64,000 bases of DNA from an uncultured Acidobacteriota bacterium (lineage in GTDB: Bacteria; Acidobacteriota; Terriglobia; Acidiferrales; UBA7541), in NCBI GenBank assembly GCA_963701865.1, contig CAVPBO010000002.1:35239-99238 (forward strand), given 5' to 3'. The stretch's first letter is position 1; each line of letters begins with the position of its first letter. Position numbers and translations under genes: made by a program. A model generated the notes under the pieces. That model searched no databases. It saw only the letters and a list, made by a program, of their open reading frames with translations, and was not told the DNA's origin. Positions 49,513-61,478 of this stretch are shown here, piece by piece.

Positions 49513-51209
49513 TCATGGTACAGGCACTAGGTTTCTTGGGGGGTAGAGCCGTGACCCTTCACTCACGATGATGTAAATGATGATTGCTGCCGTTCCTGCC
49601 CTGGCAACCGGCCCTGGCGGCATTGATTTTACCGTGTTCCATACCGAACTCTTCATTGGATTATTGTAGTGATCAACCCTTGTGCCATCTGGGAGAACCC
49701 GCACGGTCTCACCTTTCTTGCCCGTCTTTACGTCCCAGTGCCCGTGTGGATCCCAGCTTGCGTTGGGCTGCCCTTGACCCTTCGATGGATCGGCTGGAAC
49801 AGGCTGTGAGGGAGCCCATCTCTTGTCACGGTCACCACCGGCGGAGCCGGGACCCAGCTTCCACCCTTCGACACCTGGAACTATCGGGTTGCCTTTATTG
49901 TCCGTCGTCGGTGGCGCTTTAGGCGAGCCGTCCGGATTGGTGGGAGCCGGCTGGCTGTTCTGAGTCTGCGCTTGCGGTTGGGCAGTTTGGGCATTCTGGG
50001 TCGTGGTATGCGGGTCTCCGCCGCCGTCATCGCTTGAGGGATTAAGGTTCTCGAATCCGTCATCGATACCACCACTAGGCCCTTTTCGTGTAGGTTCCGC
50101 GGAATCGTCTCGACATGGCCATCGAGGTCCGCGAAAGTTTCAGGATTGTCGCGGACCATGGCGTAGAGGTTTAGCGTCTGTGGATTCGTCAGATTGGCGT
50201 ACGGCACGGGAGCAGGGACCGCGGACCAATCCGCCGATAGCCACCGGCCGAAGCGTGAGGAATAGTAGCGCGCGCCGAAATCGTCGTTGTTGGTTTCGGT
50301 GTCGCGTTCCTTGCCCTCGAATTTGTAGTTTTGCGAGCACGTGGTCACTATATCGCGTTCGCCGCCGAAAGGATAAAAGTCAGCGTCGTAGCAAACGGAG
50401 GTTTGTCCCGCCTGCACGAGCGTCCGCGAACTGCCCAGCACGTCTTCGGCGTAATAGTAGATCGTCCCGCTGCTGACGTTGCGCATGGCGATGCGCTTGC
50501 CGCCGAAGAACACATACTCGTTGGTGAAATTGCCGCTGGCGTCGGACTCATCGAGAATTTCGGTGCCCGCGCCGTACCAGTAGATTTTCCCATTCGATTT
50601 CTGGAGGCGGTTGCCGTCGCCATCGTAGGTGTAGTTCACGCCCGCGGCGGATTTGATCTCACTTTCGGCGTTCCAGCCGTAGGTATTCAAGCCGTCCGTC
50701 AGCATGTTGCCGGAGGAGTCGAAGGTGAAGCCTGTGGCTGAAAGCTGGTTACTCGTCGTCGCTGAGACTCCGAGAGTTTCCTGCGTGCAGCCCGTATATC
50801 CCGAAAGCGCGCCGATGGCCGTCATGTTCGCCCACTGGTCCATCGTGTAAGTTTCGCCCCAGCAGTTCGTGCCCGTGGTCGCGCTTGTTTGGGCGGTCAC
50901 GATGCGGTTCACCTGATCGTAGGTGAAGCTTTGAGTTCGAGTCGTGTCCCGATTGTTCGTGATGCCGATGACGTTGCCGTTGTCGCTCGCGCCCAGATTA
51001 AAATTGTATTTCAAATCAAGAATATTTCCGGGACCGGGGTCCGTGGCCGTGCAAGAGGTGTTACGTAGCCAAGTGTCCCGTTCGTGGACGCATAAAGCCA
51101 GCAGGGCTGCAAGCGGCTGTTGTAGATATCGAGAATGCGCGTGCGCACGTTGTGCCTCCGAGAGAGGCAGAACGAGTGAGTGAGAAACTGATGGCAGAGC
51201 TTGTAACAT
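49513..51209 (-). CDS. N-terminally truncated Rhs/YD-repeat protein with RHS-associated core and unassigned C-terminal toxin domain; frameshifted
   Basis: ORF 49881..51209 carries YD repeats (..SFTYDQVNRIV.., ..VNYTYDGDGNRLQKSNGKIYWYG..). The core end is ..DDFGARYYSSRFGRWLSADWSAVPAPVPYANLTNPQTLNLYAMVRDNPETFADLDGH. The +2 frame then reads ..EPTRKGPSGGIDDGFENLNPSSDDGGGDPHTTTQNAQTAQPQAQTQNSQPAPTNPDG...NASWDPHGHWDVKTGKKGETVRVLPDGTRVDHYNNPM...AAIIIYIIV...* and stops at 49513. Only about 160 bp separate the ORF start from the next gene, so the usual N-terminal region of about 1000 aa is absent. Confidence 0.85.
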
Positions 51210-51408
51210 TCCTGCGGTTACTATGTCAAAGGGTAATGATCACCTTTCCAAGCATGAGTCCTTCTCGTATCGCACCCCGCGGAAAACTCGTCTCAGCGTT
51301 TCGTGCGGGCGCGGGGTGATGTTGCCATCGCTCCACGGTCGCGGGACAATGGCACGCGCCGCGGGATGGTGATTGCGGTTGAAGCTGCCGTGTAACTGCG
51401 GAGGATCA

Positions 51409-52530
51409 GTGAATCTTAGAACGCAATTGCTTTCGGCTGCGATCTGTATCGCGTGTGTCGGCGTGGCGCCGGCTTCCTCGCAGGCGCAGTCCGTCGCGAA
51501 AGCCCCCGCGCCGGCGGGGAAAGCGAAGGCGGCTAGCTGGACGTTCGCGGTTTCCGGCGATTCGCGGAATTGTGGCGATGTGGTTATGCCGGCGATCGCG
51601 GAAGGCGTGAAGAAGAGCGGCGCAGCATTCTACTGGCACCTCGGCGATCTACGGTGGATCACGAATGTGGACCAGGACATCAGTCACCAGCCCGAATATG
51701 TCGCGAAGCCGCTAACCAGGGCCGAATATCTGGACACGGCCTGGGACGATTTCACCCGGAATCAAATCGTGCCGTTTGGCAATATTCCTTTTTATTTGGG
51801 GATCGGCAATCACGAGACGGTCCGTCCGAAAAATCACGCGGCATTCGTCGCGCAATTTTCGACCCAGCTCGATTTACCCAATCTGCGCGCGCAGCGCCTG
51901 CTCGACGATCCCGCCGATCTCCATCCGAAGACGTATTACCACTGGATCGACCGCGGCGTGGATTTCATCAATCTCGACAACGCGACCAACAATCAGTTCG
52001 ACGCGGATCAAGTCGCCTGGTTCGAAAAAACACTAGCCTCCGACTCCGCGAATGCCGGCATTCGCACTCTTGTCGTCGGAATGCACGAGGCGTTGCCGGA
52101 AAGCATTTCGAAGGACCACAGCATGGACCAATCCAAGGGTGGAACCGAAACCGGACTGCACGTCTACGCGGATCTTCTGAAGGCGCAGAACGAAGATCAC
52201 AAACGCGTGTACGTGCTGGCCAGCCATTCGCACTATTTTATGAACGGGACCTTCAATACCGACTACTGGAGGAAACACGGCGGCGTACTACCGGGATGGA
52301 TTGTCGGGACGGCCGGCGCCGTACGCTATGTCTTGCCCCCGGGCGCGGGCGATGCACAGGAGGCTAAGACCAATGTGTACGGGTTCCTCGCCGGCACGGT
52401 TGGCAGCAAGGGTCGAATCCGATTTGTTTTCCATCCGCTCGACGAAGCGGACGTGCCGGTCGCAATCAGCGCGCGGTACACTCCCGAATTCGTTCACTGG
52501 TGCTTTGCCGAGAATTCGCAGGCTCACTGA
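51409..52530 (+). CDS. Secreted calcineurin-like metallophosphoesterase
   Basis: GTG 51409 follows GGAGG (the ORF track starts at 51373). A signal peptide is present. Motifs GDSRN, GDL, GNHE and ..SHSH.. are in order. Confidence 0.85.
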   Translation: MNLRTQLLSAAICIACVGVAPASSQAQSVAKAPAPAGKAKAASWTFAVSGDSRNCGDVVMPAIAEGVKKSGAAFYWHLGDLRWITNVDQDISHQPEYVAKPLTRAEYLDTAWDDFTRNQIVPFGNIPFYLGIGNHETVRPKNHAAFVAQFSTQLDLPNLRAQRLLDDPADLHPKTYYHWIDRGVDFINLDNATNNQFDADQVAWFEKTLASDSANAGIRTLVVGMHEALPESISKDHSMDQSKGGTETGLHVYADLLKAQNEDHKRVYVLASHSHYFMNGTFNTDYWRKHGGVLPGWIVGTAGAVRYVLPPGAGDAQEAKTNVYGFLAGTVGSKGRIRFVFHPLDEADVPVAISARYTPEFVHWCFAENSQAH

Positions 52531-52576
52531 CGCGACACCGCACCGCATTAATCAAAATTAATCAAAGAGGACACCC

Positions 52577-53599
52577 ATGGCCACGCCAACGAGCGCCGCA
52601 AAACCGAGTCCGACTGTTGTGTATCAAACGCTGAACGCCTATCAAAACACCGCCGCGCTGCGAGCCGCGATCGATCTCGACATATTCACGGCCATCGGGG
52701 AAGGCGGTGACACAGCTCCGGCTCTTGCGAAACGTTGCAAAGCCACTGAACGCGGCGTTCGCATCTTGTGCGATTATTTGACCATCCTCGGATTTCTCAC
52801 CAAGCAGGACCACCGATACGCGCTGACGCCCGATTCCGCCACGTTTCTCGACCGGCATTCGCCAGATTGTGTCGCATCCACCGCGGGCTTTCTCACATTG
52901 CCGGGAGTCGTGACCGCATTCATGAGCCTCGCCGATGCGATTCGCGCCGGACGACCCGCGCTCGAAGGGGAAGGCTCCATCTCACCGGAAAATCCGGTCT
53001 GGGTCGAATTTGCGCGCTCCATGGCGCCGATGATGCGGCCCATCGCGGAAGAAATGGCGCAAGTTCTCGTTCCCGGCGGCGGTAACCGGTGCAAGGTTCT
53101 GGATATTGCCGCCGGACACGGTGTGTTTGGCGTCGCGCTCGCGAGGCGCAATCCAAACGCGGAAATTTACGCGCAGGATTGGGCGCCGGTGTTGGAAGTC
53201 GCCATGGAAAACGCGCGCGCGGCGGGCGTGGAGCAGCGCATGCATCGCCTGCCGGGGAGCGCCTTCGATGTCGAATTCGGCGCCGGTTATGACATTGTGC
53301 TACTGACGAATTTCCTGCATCACTTCGATCCGCCCACGAACGAAGCGCTGCTGCGCAAAATACGCGCCGCGCTCGCGCCCGATGGTCTGGTCGCCACGCT
53401 CGAATGGGTTCCCAATGAAGATCGCGTCACACCGCAGCGCGCGGCCGCATTTTCCATGACCATGCTGGGCATGACTCCATCCGGCGACGCCTACACCTTC
53501 GCGGAATATCAGAGAATGTTTCAGAACGCGGGGTTTTCGTCGAACAAGCTGCGATCCGTCGCCGTCAGCGGTCACGGACTGATCCTGTCGAGAGTCTGA
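52577..53599 (+). CDS. Class I SAM-dependent O-methyltransferase (OMT family 2-like with dimerisation/winged-helix N-domain)
   Basis: Intact 340 aa. SAM motif VLDIAAGHGVFG, followed by ..DIVLLTNFLHHF... Confidence 0.85.
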   Translation: MATPTSAAKPSPTVVYQTLNAYQNTAALRAAIDLDIFTAIGEGGDTAPALAKRCKATERGVRILCDYLTILGFLTKQDHRYALTPDSATFLDRHSPDCVASTAGFLTLPGVVTAFMSLADAIRAGRPALEGEGSISPENPVWVEFARSMAPMMRPIAEEMAQVLVPGGGNRCKVLDIAAGHGVFGVALARRNPNAEIYAQDWAPVLEVAMENARAAGVEQRMHRLPGSAFDVEFGAGYDIVLLTNFLHHFDPPTNEALLRKIRAALAPDGLVATLEWVPNEDRVTPQRAAAFSMTMLGMTPSGDAYTFAEYQRMFQNAGFSSNKLRSVAVSGHGLILSRV

Positions 53600-53624
53600 G
53601 GGAAAATCGCGGCGCGAGTGCGGC

Positions 53625-56096
53625 TTACTTCCCGAAGGCGAGAGCGAGCAGCGTCTTCTGCTCCATTTCATGCGCTTTGTGCGAGCCGGTCGCCGGGCTG
53701 GCGCTCGCGGAGCGATTCACGGAAAGCACCGCGCGGCCGCGGGCCAGCCGTTCCAGCTCCGGAATGATGAATTCGTGCGCGCCCATATTGCGCGGTTCTT
53801 CCTGCACCCACACAAATTCCCGCGCATTCGCGTGACGATCCATCTCCGCCGAAATTTCCGCCTCGGGAAATGGATACAGCTGCTCGACGAAAATGATCGC
53901 CGGAGCATTCTCCGGATGCCGCTTTCGTTCGGCGATAAGCTCGTGCCCGATTTTCCCGGTGCAGAGCAGCACGCGTTCCGCGGAGCCGTCGCCCACATCC
54001 GGAATCACGGTTTGGAAGCGGCCGCCGGTTAGATCAGCAAGCGGTGAAGATGCCGCCGGATTTCGCAGCATGCTTTTCGGCGTGAACACGATCAGAGGTT
54101 TCCGCCACGTGCGCAACGCCTGCCGCCGCAGCAGATGAAAATATTGCGCCGCGGTTGAGGGCTGGCAAATTTGCATGTTGTCGCGCGCCGCGAGTTGCAG
54201 GAAACGCTCGATGCGCGCGCTGGAATGTTCCGGACCCTGTCCTTCGTAGCCGTGGGGCAGCAGCATCACGATGCCGGAGAGCAAGTTCCACTTGTCCTCG
54301 CTCGCCGCGATGAATTGGTCGATGATGATCTGCGCGCCGTTTGCGAAATCGCCGAATTGCGCTTCCCATAGGACCAGCGCTTCGGGATAGTCGCGGCTGA
54401 AACCATATTCAAATCCGAGCACGGCCGCTTCGGAAAGCGGCGAGTTGTAGATCTCGCACCATGCCGGCGCCTGCGCCACATGTTCGAGCGGGACGTACTC
54501 TTCCTCGGTTTCGATATCAATCAACGCCGCGTGCCGCTGGTTGAATGTGCCGCGCCGGCTGTCCTGCCCCGTAAGCCTCACCGGGACGCCCTCGGCGAGC
54601 AGCGAACCAAACGCCAGCGCCTCGGCCATTCCGAAATCAAGCGCGCGCTTGCCTTGCGCCATTTCCAGCCGCTGCTCCAGAAGCTTCTTGACCTTCGCGT
54701 GGATGTGGAATCCCTGCGGATAGCTGACCAGCGATTCGCCCACCGGCGTCAGCACGTCCTCGGCAACAGCCGTTTCAACTTCAAAGGAAGCGTCGTATCG
54801 CCCGCCCCGGAACGCTCCCCAGTATCGCGGCAGACGCCGCATCGGAGGGCTCTTCTCGATTTCCTGCGCCTCGTTTTGCGCGGCGTCCAGTTCTTCGCGG
54901 ACGCGCGCCACGATCGGCTGAGCGTCCGCGCCGATCTTCTCCGCGTAGATTTGCCACAGCTGCGGATGCGCCTCGATCTTGCGATAGCGCAGCGGCTGCG
55001 TGATCGTGGGATCATCCACTTCACTGTGGCCGTGGCGGCGATAGCCGATCAAATCAATAAATACCGGCGTTCCGAATTCGTAGCGATAATCGAGCGCCAT
55101 CCGTCCCACGCGCGCCACCGCATCCGGGTCTTCCGCATTCACGTGGAAGATCGGAACGGGCAAGCCGCTTGGCCAGGTCGGACGAGTAACGCGAAGACCC
55201 GCCCTCTTTCGGCGCGAGTCGTAAAGCCGATCAGGTTATTCACGATAATGTGGATCGAGCCGCCGACCGCAAATCCTTCGACGCCCGCCATGTTCAGCGT
55301 CTCGGCGCAGATTCCTTGTCCCGCGAACGCCGCGTCGCCGTGCATGGCGATGGGAACCACCAGACGCCGGCCGTTTTCACCGCGCCGCATCTGTTTCGCG
55401 CGCGTGCGGCCAATTACCACGGGATCGGCGGCTTCCAGATGGCTAGGGTTGGAGACGAGGTGAATTCCTATTTCGCGGCCGCTCGGAGCGCGAAACGTCC
55501 CCGTTGCGCCCATGTGATATTTCACATCGCCGCCGCCCAGAATGCTTCGCGGGTCTACATCTTCGAATCGCGCGAACACATCCGCGGCCGCGCGACCGAC
55601 AATGTGCACCATCACGTTCAGACGCCCGCGATGGCTCATCGCCAGCATCGCTTTTTCGGCGCCTTGCTCGGCGGCTGCGCTCAGAATCGAATCGAGCAGC
55701 GGTATCAGCGCCGATTCGCCTTCAAGCGAATAGCGCTTGGTGCCTAGATAGCGGGTTTGCAAAACCTGCTCGAAAATGTCCGCGCGTATCAGCAGATCGA
55801 GAATTCGCGCGCGATCGGGTTCCGCCGGCTTCCGCTTCCATGCGCTCCTGCACCCACAGGCGGCGCTCGCGGTCCGCGATGTGCATGAATTCAACGCCAA
55901 TGCTGCCGCAATAGACTCGGCGAGCTGCATCGGCCTCTGTTCCCGATAGATCGAGCTCGGGCATCGGCAATGGCTCCAGATCGCCGAGCGGATCGAGATT
56001 CGCCTGCAGGTACCCCCAGCGGCGAAACGATTCCCAGACGCGCTCCTGCGCGTCCTTCGATGCTGCCGATTCCGCGATTGCTTGTTCCCGGCTCAT
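53625..56096 (-). CDS. sucA: 2-oxoglutarate dehydrogenase E1 component, at least 3 frameshifts
   Basis: N-terminal part (ORF 55722..56096): ..RRWGYLQANLDPLG..YCGSIGVEFMHIADRERRLWVQERME. Middle part (ORF 55139..55930): ..RYLGTKRYSLEGESALIPLLD..MSHRGRLNV..GDVKYHMG..HGDAAFAGQG... A short segment PKEGGSSRYSSDLAKRL is in the third frame. C-terminal part (ORF 53625..55163): PVPIFHVNAEDPDAV...VWVQEEPRNMGA... Frame changes are near 55830, 55215 and 55165. Confidence 0.9.
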
Positions 56097-56187
56097 TCAG
56101 TGCGTGCCCCTTGGACCGTCTTCTGCGTCACCTTTATTGTATCAATTTTAGGATGTCTCGATTGGCGCGTCAGGCGCGAAGTGCGGC

Positions 56188-56667
56188 TCAGTTTTCCGGC
56201 CAGCAACCCAGCAGCCGCCGGACGAGGACGAGCTGGCCCAGGTGGTAGGCGTTGTGATCGGCGATCAGCAATACCTCGCGCAGGATCGTCTGGCCCGAGC
56301 CGTGAAGGATCGGCGCCAACAGATCCGTCTTCGGATTGGTTACCAATTTTCCCATGGCCTCCAGATCTCGATCGAGTTCCTGGACGCTGTTGTCCCATGC
56401 CGCGGCGTTCGGCGGCGCCGCCTTTTTCGGCCAGTATCCCGTGGGCCAGTCGGGCGATGCGTGTTTTCCGTCCCGGCAAAATTCCAAGATATCCGAGGTC
56501 GCGATGCGCATGTGCTCGAGCAATTCCCACGGCGAATGGTCTCCGCCCTTTGGACGCATGCCGCGCTTCTTCTCCGGAATCCCGGAGACCGCCTTGATCC
56601 AATCCACGTGAGACTCGTGCCAGCTCAAAGCCCGCCGCAAATAATCGCGCAATACTTTCTCATCCAT
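56188..56667 (-). CDS. DinB-family (DinB_2) protein
   Basis: Intact 159 aa. The histidine triad context (..WELLEHM.., ..ADHNAYHLGQL..) is typical of the DinB four-helix bundle. Confidence 0.8.
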   Translation of the reverse strand: MDEKVLRDYLRRALSWHESHVDWIKAVSGIPEKKRGMRPKGGDHSPWELLEHMRIATSDILEFCRDGKHASPDWPTGYWPKKAAPPNAAAWDNSVQELDRDLEAMGKLVTNPKTDLLAPILHGSGQTILREVLLIADHNAYHLGQLVLVRRLLGCWPEN

Positions 56668-56746
56668 TAAAGCTAGACCTCCTCAACCTAATCGATTTTA
56701 GGACGCCGCGCGTGCACGGTCAATGAAGGGAACTGCTGCGTCGAAT

Positions 56747-57607
56747 TTAAGGGAAGGAATTCCAGGCTGCGGAGGGAGTTTGGCCGGTGGGATTCATCAT
56801 GAATTGCAGATCGAATGCCTCTTTGCGCACGCGGAGGTCGTAGTAGAATACCGCTGTAGCGATCGTCAAGATGGGCGTAACCAGAATCGTGGCCAGGAAG
56901 TTTCCGACTTGGATAAGACTCAGCCCTAGGCGCACCATCTCCGGATCACTAGCGGCGAAACGAGCCAAGAAATTAAAAGGCAACGTAAATAACACGCTGG
57001 CCGCAATGAACATCACAAAATACAACAGGTAGATTACAAACGAACGGCCCACATTGTCTTCCGTCAGCGTAAACCCGCGCGAGAATGAATCCAGCGGCCC
57101 CAGGTCTTCCAAAAGCGCTACGGGAACGCACACGATGAGCCGGCATGCGACATAAATACCCGGGATTATCAGAAATAACGTCGCGATTCCAATCGATAGG
57201 CCGGTGAACAACGAGACGCCCAGAAGATTCCAAAAGTGCCCGTGCATCCGTCGAAGTGACGCACTGATCGTGGTGGGGCGGCCCAGGTAAAGTTCGGAAA
57301 TCGCGAAGACCGTCCCACCTTGCACAAAAATGTAAACGACAAGATAAACGAGTGCGATGACGATTATTCCGGCGATGTTTGTGGCCAGCAGTCCGCCCGG
57401 CGCCGCGTTCGAACCTACCGACGCAGTTCTCGGAGCAGTGCGTGCAAGTGTATTAAACAGATTCAGCGCAAGGCTGAATAATTGAGGAACGGCAGTGATG
57501 CCGACAAAAAGCACGAAGTGCTGTCGATAGAGGGAGAAAGTTCGATCGAGGATTTCGCCGAGTGACAGCGGACGAAGGTCCGAATTTGTCGCGCGGACCT
57601 CCCGCAC
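56747..57607 (-). CDS. Polytopic membrane protein of unknown function
   Basis: Intact 286 aa with 6-7 hydrophobic segments. The N-terminus ..LSLGEILDRTFSLYRQHF.. resembles the DUF-type membrane domain family seen with glycerophosphodiester phosphodiesterase membrane domains. That family call is tentative. Confidence 0.65.
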   Translation of the reverse strand: MREVRATNSDLRPLSLGEILDRTFSLYRQHFVLFVGITAVPQLFSLALNLFNTLARTAPRTASVGSNAAPGGLLATNIAGIIVIALVYLVVYIFVQGGTVFAISELYLGRPTTISASLRRMHGHFWNLLGVSLFTGLSIGIATLFLIIPGIYVACRLIVCVPVALLEDLGPLDSFSRGFTLTEDNVGRSFVIYLLYFVMFIAASVLFTLPFNFLARFAASDPEMVRLGLSLIQVGNFLATILVTPILTIATAVFYYDLRVRKEAFDLQFMMNPTGQTPSAAWNSFP

Positions 57608-57661
57608 CCGGAGAGATACCAGTCTTAAATGGGTATCAGACCCAACGCGATGATTGGCTGG

Positions 57662-57976
57662 CTACACTGCTGCGCTTGGAGCTCTAGCCGTCCGCCGATG
57701 CTGGAAGCATTCGCGGCAATATACCGGACGCCCCTGCGTCGGCTTGAACGGAACGGTGGTCTCTTTCCCGCACTGCGAGCAGACCGTTTTCGTTTCGACG
57801 CGCTGGACGCTTCCCGAACCCGTTTCAGTTCCTTGAGCGCGATTTGCTTTGCAGGCCTTGCAACGCTTGGGTTCGTTCTTGAATCCCTTGTCCGCGAAAA
57901 ACATCTGCTCGCCGGCGGTGAAGACGAATTCAGCTCCACAATCGGCGCACTTCAGGACCTTGTCATGGTATTCCAT
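57662..57976 (-). CDS. Double CxxC zinc-ribbon protein
   Basis: ATG at 57974-57976. MEYHDKVLKCADCGAEFVFTAGEQMFFADKGFKNEPKRCKACK...VCSQCGKETTVPFKPTQGRPVYCRECF contains two CxxC..CxxC ribbons. Confidence 0.75.
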   Translation of the reverse strand: MEYHDKVLKCADCGAEFVFTAGEQMFFADKGFKNEPKRCKACKANRAQGTETGSGSVQRVETKTVCSQCGKETTVPFKPTQGRPVYCRECFQHRRTARAPSAAV

Positions 57977-58123
57977 ATGCTGCTCCGGGGGCCGGGTTCG
58001 CTCGGGGCAGGCAGCGGCGGCGCAGTTCGCAGCCAGCGGTCGAATAAGATTCCGCATGTGATTGCGGCTCTTATCCGCCCGCTGGCCCGAAGCTGCTTGG
58101 AAAGACTGAATTGATGCGGTTGC

Positions 58124-58321
58124 CTAGTCTTGCTCACGCCGCTGCTTCTTACGGAGACGCTTACGCGAGAGGGCCTGTTTGGCGCGACGCTTTTCCCCCG
58201 GCTTCATGTAGTAGCTGTGCTTCTTGATTTCCTTGATGATGTCTTCCGACTGCACCTTCCGTTTGAAACGCCGGAGAGCGTTTTCCAAAGACTCACCCTC
58301 TTGAATTACAACTTCTGCCAC
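58124..58321 (-). CDS. rpsU: 30S ribosomal protein S21
   Basis: MAEVVIQEGESLENALRRFKRKVQSEDIIKEIKKHSYYMKPGEKRRAKQ.. is the canonical bS21 sequence. Confidence 0.95.
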   Translation of the reverse strand: MAEVVIQEGESLENALRRFKRKVQSEDIIKEIKKHSYYMKPGEKRRAKQALSRKRLRKKQRREQD

Positions 58322-58633
58322 GCGTATTCACCCCCGTCCCTTTTTCTTGACTTGGACCAATGGATTCCAGCAAGTGTAACCGGCATCAACGCGAACCGGC
58401 TATTGCCCACTTCTTCTATCGGAGGCTATCCTCCAAGTCAAGGCTTAAATTGCTTATTAAGGCCGAATTGGAGATTTATTTAACTCTTTAGTAAATGGGG
58501 TTTCTCGCAAGGTAACGTCTGTCAGATTGCTGCCCGATTCCTCGGCGCCCAACCGCTCCGAACCTGCGGCGCGCGCGACATGCTGTTAGAATAGTTTGCT
58601 ACCGGAGGCGGCGGTCAGGCGGCAACAGAACCC

Positions 58634-59867
58634 ATGCCCATCATGCGCAACGCGATTGGAGTTCTCCTGGCCGGCGGCCAGGGCGAGCGGCTCTGGCCGC
58701 TCACGCGCGATCGCGCGAAACCCGCGGTTCCTTTCGGCGGCGTCTACCGCATCATCGATCTCACGCTTTCCAATTGCCTGAATAGCGACCTGCGCCGCGT
58801 CTTCGTCCTCACCCAGTATAAAGCGCTCAGCCTCAACCGCCACGTGCGCCGCGGCTGGTCCTCGCTGATGGGCCACGGCGATTTCATGGAAGTGCTGCCG
58901 CCCCAGATGCGCGTCTCGCAGCACTGGTATCAGGGCACGGCGGACGCGGTGTACCAGAATATTTATTCGATCGGCAGCGAGCAATCGAATTACGTCTTCA
59001 TTCTCTCCGGCGATCACATCTACAAAATGAATTACCAGAAGATGCTCGAGCAGCACGTCGCCGCCGGAGCGGACGTCACCGTCGCCACCATCGAAATGGA
59101 TCTCGCCGAGGCCGCCGGAAAATTCGGCGTGCTCGAAACGGACAAGGACTGGCGCATCACCGGATTCGAGGAGAAGCCCGCGAATCCCAAGCCGTCCGGC
59201 GTTCGCGCCGAAAAGTGCAACGCTTCGATGGGCGTCTATCTCTTCAATACGCAGCTGCTCGTGCCCATCCTGATTGACGACGCCGAGAATCCCGCGTCCT
59301 CGCACGATTTCGGCAAGGATATTCTTCCGCGCATCATCGGAAAATATCGCGTGTTCGCCTACAACTTCCGCGACGAAAACAAAAAGGAAACTTCCTACTG
59401 GCGCGACGTGGGAACGATTGACGCCTATCACGAAGCGAACATGGACCTGGTCTCGGTGACGCCCGTTTTCAATCTCTACGACGCGAGCTGGCCGCTGCAC
59501 AGCTGGCAGCGCCAGTATCCTCCGGTGAAAACCGTGTTTGCCGATCCGGACCGCATGGGCGTGGCGCTGGATTCCATCGTCGCCGGCGGATCGATTCTTT
59601 CCGGCGGGCGCGTCAAGAGATCCGTCCTGGGCTACGACGTCCGCGTGAACAGCTATAGCGAAGTGGAAGAATCGATCATCTTCAACCACGTCGAGCATCG
59701 GTCGCCACTGCCGCATCCGGCGCGCGATCATTGACCGCCACGTGGAGCTGCCCGAAGGCACCGTGATCGGCCACGATCTCGAAGCCGACCGCGCCCGCTA
59801 TTCCGTTTCCGAAAATGGCGTCGTCGTCGTGGTTCGCCCGGAATCCATGATCGAGGAACCGGAATGA
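58634..59867 (+). CDS. glgC: Glucose-1-phosphate adenylyltransferase, frameshift near 59696
   Basis: ..[69 protein letters not shown]... After ..IIFNHVE the frame shifts to [56 protein letters not shown], with the stop at 59865-59867. Confidence 0.92.
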
Positions 59868-59957
59868 TTCGATTTTCTGGTGAAAGCGTGGTGCTTGAGC
59901 CGCACGAAACGCGCTACCGCAGGTTACCCGGGCTTTAGCCAGGGCGCTGTTCAGGGA

Positions 59958-59977
59958 GTCGGAGCTTCAGCTCCGAC
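59958..59977. repeat. Short GC hairpin between glgC and eno
   Basis: GTCGGAGC-TTCA-GCTCCGAC: an 8-bp stem with no U-tract. It could be a REP-type element or a weak terminator. Confidence 0.35.
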
Positions 59978-60086
59978 ATTAAACAAACCGCGCGAAGCGC
60001 GTGCCGCTGCGCTGCCTTTCTCGCGGCATGTAGTTGCTGGCGTTCTTGAACTCCAATTGCTCGTTGCTGTCTCTCAAGGGGGAATA

Positions 60087-61391
<1,305 letters not shown>

Positions 61392-61478
61392 AGCGATTCT
61401 CGCACGCACGCGGTCGTCCAGCTTTCGTAGGGCAGAGCTTCAGACTCAAAACGTTTCGAGATTCGAGAACGAGGTCCC

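Noticed and set aside
49491-49520. TTCGAATCC, a tRNA T-loop-like string
   Set aside because: There is no flanking acceptor or T-stem complementarity and no GG before it. It spans the toxin stop and immunity start region. No tRNA cloverleaf could be drawn.
58586-59761. 391-aa minus-strand ORF. The same reasoning covers 21577..23271, 25448..26656, 13893..14579 and 23884..25074.
   Set aside because: All lie antisense to, or out of frame with, strongly supported genes (glgC, MFS/folP, MoaF-like, typA, the NTF2/VOC region). Their translations are low-complexity.
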